Positions 10,468-18,872 of a DNA stretch of 20,000 nt are shown here, one piece after another (position 1 is the first letter of the stretch; the number at the start of each line of letters is the position of its first letter). Both the position numbers and the translations under genes were made by a program. Origin of the DNA: Catajapyx aquilonaris (Eukaryota). The stretch lies in the NCBI GenBank assembly GCA_000934665.2, contig JYFJ02001594.1, forward strand, positions 55,476 to 75,475, given 5' to 3'. A model generated the notes under the pieces. That model did no database searches, was not told the origin of the DNA, and saw only the letters and a program-made list of their open reading frames with translations.

Positions 10468-13403
10468 GTGAATATTCGGCTGTGGAAATGCTGACGAGGG
10501 TCTGCCTCTTCATCACATGGTCAATGGGATGGTGACCTACATGTGTCCTCGTTATGTGCTGCAGGGTTATTTCTAGAACGGTGACAATTTTTGCAAGTCG
10601 GGTAGGCGTACTGTTAGGAGGCGGATGTGAAGGTGAGCGGGTCTGGCCCTTGCGCAGAGGACGGGTGCCGTTTGGGGAAGCGGAACCGGTCAGCTTAAGC
10701 GTCTGGATGGTCCGGCCACACCGTGCGCAAGGCGGTTTGTATCAAAGCACAGTAGAACTATCAGTCGATGGTGGAGCGTTTGTAATGTGTGCCACCTTTT
10801 CACGGGAATAAGATGTGCTGTGGGCACGTTGCCTGCGTTTTATGGAGACCTTGCAACCCCTTGTGCGATTGCTCAGAGCGATAAGTTCTGCCCACGCTTC
10901 AGCCGTCTTGAACTGGATGCTACGGGTCGTAGCCATGTTGACCATTCACATGTGCAGGCGTACTATCTGTAATGTAGCCCAAAATAATTACGTATAGGAT
11001 GAATTTTCATGATCATGTATTTGAGACTGAGAGGAAGGAGAGCGGCATGCTTTTCCAGTAAACGTATAGTCTTGCACTTGAATGATACCTAACAGGGAAA
11101 TATAGTAAGAGTGTAAGTAAATGAAACCGACCTTGCGACTGTTGCACATGGCTGCATAATTTGTAACGCGACGTTAATTTTTATATAATTTAGCACATTT
11201 TCACGAGTCGCTGCATGGCCACTATTTAGCGGATTTGCTATTATATGTGTAAGTGGTCATTCATAAATTATTTTAATCAGGCATCAAGCTTTGCAGCCAT
11301 TCATCTTTGCGCCATGTAAGTCATTGGGTGCTACTAAATGAGGAAGGACTTTTCACACAACAGGAAATGCTGTAGTTGGAATAATCTGTGTCAGTAAGAG
11401 AAGAGGATGTGCATGCACATGAAAGTGCAACACCCGCATGGATGCTCATTTCATATCCGGCAATTACTTTCATGCACATTTACACCCTGTTTTCGTGAAA
11501 TTATATCAGTGACGTGATAGCTCACTCAGATTGTTCTCAAATTTTGTCACGATAATGAGTCATCCTCAAGCTTCTTTTTCTCATGACATTATTTAAGCAT
11601 TGTAATAGTGTCAGTTTCATAATAAGGAAGTGACAGCAGTGCTTTTAAAACGCTGCTTATTTCATATTGAGAAGATGCTGGTCCACTTCTCACAATACTG
11701 TCGTGATATCACAAGTGGCAAAGGAGTTGACCAACATCAGTTACGTGAGAGTGGTGACAAGACAAGACATTCATTTCTTGGTGACAAATAGTCCATAAGA
11801 ACTTTCATAGCCTTCACTTCACTCTTAGTATTCTCATTACAAGCAGTTGATCTGAAAAATAATGATAACTTTTTGCATTGGTTGTTCCGGGTTGTTCCTT
11901 ATCTCGTGTCTACACAACAGCAGTTGACCGTGGCACTCAGCCTATCAATTCGTAATCATAGGAAATAACTGATTTCTTATTGAATCATATCAAGGCACAA
12001 AAATTATGCACGTACCACCAGCTTGAAGGGATAAGAAATCGTCACCGCAACTTCTGATGATCAGCAGTTGCCTTACGTCTTTAGAAAATTGAATGTCAAT
12101 TGTCACAGGCATAAAAGTCGATGAAAATAATGTTAACATTTAGCACATGCCATAATATTGAATTAGCATGCTGATTAATTTGCTGCGGAAGGTGCCTAGA
12201 GTTGGAGAAGTACATGCCAACATCCCACCTTAATGCCATGGTGCAGCGCATGAAGTACTGGCTTCATTGTTGGCTTTAAAATGTCTGTCTTCTGCTGCAA
12301 CATGGGATTTTTTCCCCTTAATTCCCGGAGGTACTGTGGGATTGCGCAATCCAGTTTGCGTGCTTGTCCTTGGGGAATAGCCCACCTGTTGGTGTGCAAA
12401 AAAACAAAACATGTTCTGCTCAGTTTTTATCATTACATTTGCAGTTCGCTGTGGGTGTACCGTGCAAAATGGTTATATCGTGCATTACAAGTGACTCGTG
12501 AATTTGGTTCAAATTCTGTGCGAAATTATTTGTTTTGCGTAAATGCAGGTTGCAGTTTAGCAACCATACACGTGTGTTTTGAAACCAGTTTTTGCATTGC
12601 ATTTAAAATCAGGCCTTTCAACACATGGTACAAAAGCATCCCATTTTTAACGGTTGGAAACATTATGTATTCTTGGTCTCTCACAATGGACATTTCCGCC
12701 ATTGTTTTCTCCTGTTTTTCCAAATTCACATGTGCGGATTCATGATTGCCTCTGGGAGTGAGAAGGCGTCTGGGTATTGTTTTAAGTCTGGTACCATTTT
12801 ATGTTGGATTCATTTGTGCAAGAGAAATTTACAGCTCTGCTGTTGTACATAAGAACAATGGTGACTAGACGCATCATTAATTTGAATTGCCATTTCTTTC
12901 AGATGATTTTGTGATCATCATGTTCTTCAACTGTGACAAATTGACCTCAGAATACAAGTGTCCTTGGTCCCCTTTTTTTTGTAACGATGAAATTCAGTGT
13001 GGCGTGATCTCCATGCTGTAACTAGTCCATTATAATGGGTAGCTTTTATAGCTTGAATTAGAGTATGGGGAATTTTTACGTCAACTTGGGTAATGTCATT
13101 AATGAAGTATGTACCATTTATGAATAACTTCCTTTCCGAGTGTACATATGGGAGAATGGGTGCCCCAATTCTAATTACGAGCCAATTCAACAGAATTCCT
13201 CTCGGCTAATGTCATTTTGCATTGCATTAGAAACCTCGCATTTTTCAGACCATTCTCATTAAAATACTTTGGACCAGGTTAAAAATGTGAAATGTAGGGA
13301 GGGGTTGTGACCCATGTTCCACTTAAAGCCACTCTCACATGAAAAAAAAGTGTATAAACCGCTGGCTAACGTTCTCTTCTTTTGTCAGCTTCCAACGTGC
13401 ATC

Positions 13404-13700
13404 ATGATGCTGAACACAATCTCAGTTCTGGTGGCTATTCTCCTGGTGTGCAGCAATGTCCACGCAGAGGTGTACACTGCCCTAGTGGAGATGGAAGCCC
13501 TGCTGCACACGGAGGGAGAGTTGATTGAAGCCCTAGATGGATACATCCACCAGGAAGAGGAGCGGCTGAACCGAATGCGAGGACAGTTGCAAGAGTACCA
13601 GCAGGTGCATCGGGAGGCCAGTGGGGACATCCAGAGATTCCTTGCTAACCCCATCAATGCGTACCTGCTTGTCAAGAGACTCACCGCGGACTGGAAGGAG
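13404..13700 (+). CDS. P4HA: P4HA coding exon 1 (exon acceptor at 13388, so an upstream exon exists)
   Basis: TTCTTTTGTCAG|CTTCCAACGTGCATCATGATG; MMLNTISVLVAILLVCSNVHAEVYTAL...LTADWKE; donor GAG|GTGCGT. Confidence 0.93.
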
Positions 13701-16700
13701 GTGCGTGGAAGTGTGAAATATTGTGAAGGAATGACATCTCGGTTATGGTCATATGGCATTGTGAAGGAAGTGCTTTTTATAGTCGGCTCAAGGTAAGTCT
13801 GGTGGTTTCTGGATTTTTCCAGCCTCTTTAGTATGGGCAGGTATGGAGAAGAGGGCTGAAAAAACACAGGAACTGGGCACAGACTTACCTTGGGTCGACT
13901 TTACATTCAACCTAAGTGCAGTGAGTTAAGTATCACACAGTGTGAAATAGTGTTTATCAACATGCAAAAGGGCATCTATGTGGATAGGTTTTACTACTAT
14001 GATAATTTTTTAGTGCAGGTTATTCCTAATAATGTGGCAGAATGTGAAATTCAATTTTTTACTCTAAGGCCGTTCACACTAATCAGAACGTGGTGGATAA
14101 GCTGTAGTTTATGGCTGCAATATAACGAGGGAAGTTTTATAAGTTATCTACGTCTAATGTAAATATGAAGGAATGGTGATGCAGTGTTGAATTTTTATGC
14201 AGTACCAGACATTCATGATGTGTTACTTTATGGAGGTTTGCTAATATGCCATGCTGAGTCGTATTAATGTATTTTCAGCACTTTTCTTGCTCTTATAACA
14301 GTGTGCTGATGCACACATCTGCTGGGTCCAAGACGACTGGCACCATTTAATTATTTACATTGTTATTCAGCCTAGTGCTATTGTAAATTGCAATTTTTTA
14401 CGTCTGGTTGGCATCAAATAGGTAAAGGAAACTTGTGCGCTGCAGCCACTTGCATTTCCTATTGTAATAAATATTTGTTTCAATCACACAGGTGGAGTCA
14501 CAGATGATGGCAAATGTTGGCCAGCAAGTAGTGGACAACGTGACCAGATACAGGGACGTCCTTCAGTTTCCCTCCGACGAGGATCTGAATGGAGCTGCTG
14601 TGGCACTGATGCGTCTGCAGGACACCTACAAACTGGACACTTCATCGTTGGCCAGGGGAGAGCTCAATGGAATCAGATACAGCAAAGAGCTCACAGGTCC
14701 ATCTCAATTTTTTAGACAAAAACTGTGTTTTGCTCTCACCCACTCTTTTCAAATCGACGAAAATTATTACAAGTCATAAGCATGCTGCATATGTATTGTC
14801 ATTCCTGAACTCCAAAAGTGGACATCAGATGTACATGTGATGCATTGGAAATTACTGGTCGTCACAATCAAAGTTGGTTTCATAGTAGGCTACATCATAA
14901 TTGCATGGTGCAGTAAAATGTCTATAAAAGACCCCCAACTGTTGCAGAAATTTGTGTAAAGGTGCCTTGACTCATACTCTTACAAAAAAATTGCATACAG
15001 TCTCACTCAGAGTATGTAGCCTGTGTCTTACATTTAATTTTGAACATTTCAGCAAACGACTGCTTTGAGCTTGGCCGGCAGTCATACAACAACGGAGACT
15101 ACTACCATACTGTGTTGTGGATGGGGGAGGCAATGCAGAGGTGGGAGGAGGAAAGCAACAAGACGGTGGCCAGGTCAGAGATCCTGGAATACCTGGCCTT
15201 CTCCACCTACATGCAAGGGGACCTCCCCAAGGCTCTTGTCCTCACTGACCAGCTGCTTGAACTTGTTCCAGACCACCAGAGAGCATTGGGAAACAAGCAG
15301 TATTACCAGGTTATTTGACAATATTCAATTGATTATTATTTGTTTAGAGTTGAACCCGGTTGTAACAGCCTTGGCTGCAACAGACTTCGGATTATTATAG
15401 TAGACTCGAAGGCTGGTCCATGTATACTCTGATATAACAGACTAATTTCACCCGACCTCAGGTATAACAGACCATTTCTTGTCCACCTCTGCGAGAAAAT
15501 GTGCTGTTTTTTGATTACTCGGCTTTCTTTCCCACTAGACTACTAGAGGAAAGCACTGCATACTGGATCGGGGGTGATTTTTCCACCTGTCATTGATCTA
15601 ACACTTGTCTAAAAGATCACAATTTTAATTTTTCGGATAAATTTGTCAAGAACGAGACAGGAGCAGGAAACGACGGATATTGCCTAAGTGCTAATTTGGC
15701 ATGTTTGTGGATAGTTTTGTTAATCATTATGCAGTAGTGTGCATTATAAGCATATGGAAAGCAGAAAACTTGTGATTTTGTTGCAAAAGTGACGAACTCG
15801 CTATAACAGACCTCGGATAAAAAAAAAAGTGGCGTTGGTGACAAAAAGAGGCCATGTCACTGTTGGAGGGTTAACTTGCAGTTGCAGGCTACTGACCGAT
15901 GTAAAGTGTTGTTGGTAAGCTGTCTGAAATTTTTTCCGATGCACTTGTAGGATACTCTGAAGAAGAATGGTGGAGTGGCCAAGCGTGGGGAGGACGAGCT
16001 GGGTGAGGCCGACAAGGCAGTGGCAGTCAAGGAAAAAAAGGAGAAGGACATAGAAGACAGCCTTCCAGAAAGAGAGGTGTACGAGATGCTGTGCAGGGGT
16101 GAGAGCCACACTCCGCCTGAAGTAGCGAAGAATCTCAAGTGCAGATATGTGGACAATGGCAGCCCTTACCTGAAAGTGGCGCCAGTCAAGCAGGAAGACA
16201 TATTCCCAAAGCCGTGGATTGTGATGTATCACAATATACTCCACGACAATGAGATCGAAGTTATAAAGAGGCTGGCCATGCCCAGGGTAAGTAGTAAATC
16301 AATCGGAAGAATCAACAAACATCCAATCTTTACCTTTCCTCCACATTATTTTGTAGTTCAAGCGTGCAACAGTGCAAAATTACAAGACGGGAGAGCTGGA
16401 AACTGCCAATTATCGCATCAGCAAATCAGCATGGCTCAAGTCCGAGGAGGACATAATTGTGGAAAAAGTATGTCGCCGGGTGCAAGAGATCACAGGGCTC
16501 GCAGTGGACACTGCGGAGGAGCTTCAGGTTGTCAACTACGGAATAGGAGGTCATTATGAGCCGCATTTTGACTTTGCCAGGGTGAGTTGATGCACCATTC
16601 ACACGTACAATCACGAGTATAAGGGTTCACTGTAATTATGTTTCCTATTCGCAGCGGGAAGAGCGCAACGCCTTCAAAAGCTTGGGTACTGGAAACCGCA

Positions 16701-17124
16701 TCGCAACTGTCCTCTTTTATGTAAGCATTCATTACTGCAAATGTGATAACCAGTGCAAACGTTAACATTATTCATGTCTTCCTAGATGTCTGATGTGGAT
16801 CAGGGTGGTGCGACAGTGTTTCCTAGCATCGGGCTGTCACTTTGGCCACGTAAGGGTTCAGCCGCCTTCTGGCACAACCTGCACCCAAGTGGTGAGGGTG
16901 ACTACCTCACCAGACATGCCGCATGTCCCGTCCTCACTGGATCCAAATGGGGTGAGTTGGCACTTACTGGAAGCAGTGTATTCAGTAAAGTGACTGACAC
17001 AGTTAAATAATTTTGAACAAGTTAAACTAAATGTCAATTATATTTTTCAGTCTCGAACAAATGGCTTCATGAACGCGGCCAGGAGTTTAGGAGATCATGC
17101 GCCCTCACGGAGAATGCGGATTAA
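13404..17124 (+). CDS. P4HA: Collagen prolyl 4-hydroxylase alpha subunit (P4HA1/2-like, PH4alphaEFB-like); 8 coding exons, 541 aa
   Basis: Exons 13404-13700, 14492-14696, 15053-15309, 15951-16286, 16357-16581, 16655-16720, 16786-16951 and 17051-17124 join in frame through GT-AG introns (1626 nt including TAA). Contains a signal peptide, NPINAYLLVKRL, FPSDEDLNGAAVALMRLQDTY, the TPR-like substrate-binding region (DCFELGR...YLAFS) and a 2OG-Fe(II) dioxygenase domain (NYGIGGHYEPHFD, NRIATVLFYMSDV..GGATVFP, TRHAACPVLTGSKWVSNKWLHERGQEF). Confidence 0.97.
13778..13903. repeat. About 125-bp intronic inverted repeat/hairpin (probably a mini Tc1/mariner-pogo-type MITE)
   Basis: 13781-13801 agtcggctcaaggtaagtctg pairs with 13880-13900 cagacttaccttgggtcgact (19 Watson-Crick + 2 G-U); inner pairing ttttccagcctctt / aagagggctgaaaaa; TA at both outer ends. 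Confidence 0.8.
14492..14696 (+). CDS. P4HA: P4HA coding exon 2
   Basis: CACAG|GTGGAG; VESQMM...FPSDEDLNGAAVALMRLQDTYKLD...ELT; donor CAG|GTCCAT (phase 1). Confidence 0.92.
15053..15309 (+). CDS. P4HA: P4HA coding exon 3
   Basis: TTTCAG|CAAAC; ANDCFELGRQSYNNGDYYHTVLWM...GNKQYYQ; donor CAG|GTTATT. Confidence 0.92.
15344..15820. mobile_element. Decayed pogo/Tigger-like (Tc1/mariner superfamily) non-autonomous relic in the P4HA intron 15310-15950
   Basis: Starts TAGAGTTGAACCCGGTTGTAACAG, resembling TA-CAGTyGAACCyCG.TATAAC termini, and repeats the tataacagac motif at about 15433, 15462 and 15802. Confidence 0.5.
15951..16286 (+). CDS. P4HA: P4HA coding exon 4
   Basis: CTTGTAG|GATACT; DTLKKNGG...LPEREVYEMLCRGE...KRLAMPR; donor AGG|GTAAGT. 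Confidence 0.93.
16357..16581 (+). CDS. P4HA: P4HA coding exon 5 (contains the HxD iron ligands)
   Basis: TTTTGTAG|TTCAAG; FKRATVQNYKTGELETANYRISKSAWL...GGHYEPHFDFAR; donor GTGAGT. Confidence 0.96.
16655..16720 (+). CDS. P4HA: P4HA coding exon 6 (66 nt, absent from the ORF track)
   Basis: TCGCAG|CGG; REERNAFKSLGTGNRIATVLFY; donor GTAAGC. Confidence 0.95.
16786..16951 (+). CDS. P4HA: P4HA coding exon 7 (distal His and 2-oxoglutarate-binding Lys)
   Basis: TTCCTAG|ATG; MSDVDQGGATVFP...TRHAACPVLTGSKW; donor G|GTGAGT. Confidence 0.96.
17051..17124 (+). CDS. P4HA: P4HA last coding exon
   Basis: TTTTTCAG|TC; VSNKWLHERGQEFRRSCALTENAD*, TAA at 17122-17124. Confidence 0.95.
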
Positions 17125-17842
17125 GTCACTAGGGTTAATTGGCAGATGATATTTGGTGAGCCGCGGAGTTTGAGTGCATTATATTGCGAGACTTCTTTTG
17201 CAAGTCCGTTAGACTTGCATCTTTATTCATGAGACTGTTCATCGGTGCAGTACTAGAGGCCGCTTGATTATTCATTAGTAACACTGGCTTATCCAATATG
17301 AATGAGCGAAACCAGTTGATATTTCCCGGTGACTCTCCATATCTTGAAATCACTTATCAGCAGTGATGGTGAATTAGGCAAATGATTCAAACATAATTCC
17401 TACCTGCTAGAAAGCTAGTGAATAATTAGTGAAGCACTAGTGATTCATCTGAGATATACCCATTAACTTATAGCAGCGACTGTGTGACCAACCCAAGTGA
17501 GAAATAAGGACCTGAAAGTAAAGGACTCTCACCACAATTACCGATATAAGCATGGCGTACGTCATGGATATTTTTAATACTCGATTGCACAGGGTATAAA
17601 ACAAATTGCACACTGTATCCCATGGGCGGGTCGTAATAATTGTGTTGAACATGTGACAATCGAGTACCGCACATGATTTTGTCAAGTGTTTTTTATATGA
17701 TTTATTTTGTATGTGATGATGAGTCAAGTGAGAGAATATGGTGCCATATGTGACTGATTTGTTTTTTTGTACTTTGCATGAGAGGGAATGTAAGGTTGAG
17801 AAATGATGTCACTTTTTATCGAGTCAATTTTTTTTTTGTCCT

Positions 17843-17848
17843 AATAAA
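17843..17848 (+). terminator. Candidate polyadenylation signal of P4HA
   Basis: AATAAA about 720 nt after the stop codon, preceded by a T-run and just before transposon-derived DNA begins. Confidence 0.5.
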
Positions 17849-17954
17849 CTAGATGGGCCAAATAACATTATTATTGCAAGGACAGGGTGATAAGTATGTA
17901 ATACATTTGAGTGTAAGTTGACACTATTCGCAAAGCATTACATGACAGGTTTCA

Positions 17955-18198
17955 CGAAAGGAAAGGAGGTCTTGCAGGGTAGATTCAGGATCCAACACAC
18001 CTGCCTCACCCACAGGCATTTCCTCAGGGTCGAACAGCTCCCAACCTGCGGTCACTTCGACAATGCTCTAGATGGTCCAGCTCATCATACTGGAGTCTCC
18101 TGCACTAGCACTGCATGACCTCCAAATTGACAGCAATCTCCTGCAGGCAGTAGGCTCAGGTCCTTTAATCCTCATGGACATGTCAGATTTGGGCCCTT
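17955..18198 (+). mobile_element. Degraded 3' fragment of an I-group (I/Nimb/Ingi-like) non-LTR retrotransposon ORF2, zinc-knuckle region
   Basis: KEVLQGRFRIQHTCLTHRHFLRVEQLPTCGHFDNAL, then after a frameshift near 18071 MVQLIILESPAL, resembles EVxLxRLRIGHTxLTHxxLLxxExPPxCxxCxxxLTVxHILLECP. Three of the four CCHC ligands are mutated. Confidence 0.7.
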
Positions 18199-18235
18199 TT
18201 AACCCTTTGAGGCCTACGGACATCATATGATGTCC
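18199..18235. mobile_element. piggyBac-like left terminus: TTAA target site, CCCTTT end and subterminal palindrome
   Basis: TTAA(18199-18202)|CCCTTTGAGGCCTAC followed by the perfect 18-bp palindrome GGACATCATATGATGTCC (18218-18235). Confidence 0.6.
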
Positions 18236-18625
18236 TTGTTTTTTAACTGGGCTCTCTCACCAAGCAGGCGGGCGGGTGGGAATGGATGGGATTGCCGCCT
18301 TCAACCTGCAGGAGTCTTCAGCAATAGGCAGACTCTGGTTTAAAAATTCTTGGATGCTGGCACTTTCGGTATATTCTTTAGTCAGACCTTGTTTGGCATG
18401 GTACAAGGTAAGTCCAAGTCAATTTTCATCGGGAACAATACCATAGTTAAAAAGTTATTGAGGAATGTTTGGGTTTCCATTCGAGAGAATCACCCTGTAT
18501 AAAAGTTGTGCCAACTGCTGCAGATAATTACCACTGTGCAAGCAAAGTGAATTTTAGTAACATTATACCTCGGTATCGTTTGACAAGCCACAGCTTGCAA
18601 ACCACAACTGACAACTAACACAATT

Positions 18626-18655
18626 ATGATGATGATGATGATGATTTTTTTTTTT
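18626..18655. repeat. (ATG)n microsatellite followed by a T-run
   Basis: atgatgatgatgatgatgat then poly-T. Confidence 0.85.
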
Positions 18656-18872
18656 AGGTAGAATGAGCTAACCCTGTACTTGTATTTTAAAAATAAGCAG
18701 GGTGTTTGTTGTGGTTATCAAATAAAAAATTAATTTGTTTTTAGTATAGGCAAATTAGGCCGAAGGCGGATATATATATATTTTTTGGAAAGCTAATTTT
18801 TGTTTTAAAACATTCGGTGTACCTCGAGTGAAATTTTTTTGGAAATTTTTAAGACACCTGCTTAATGGGAGG

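Noticed and set aside
12281..12745. 154-aa plus-strand ORF and overlapping ORFs
   Set aside because: Cys/Phe/Leu-rich composition typical of non-coding DNA, with no family motifs.
13385..13867. 160-aa minus-strand ORF (similarly 15801-16244 and 16426-16614)
   Set aside because: Antisense shadows of P4HA exons with no recognisable motifs.
14697..15052. Possible U12-type intron because of the odd donor
   Set aside because: GTCCATCT does not match the U12 consensus RTATCCTT.
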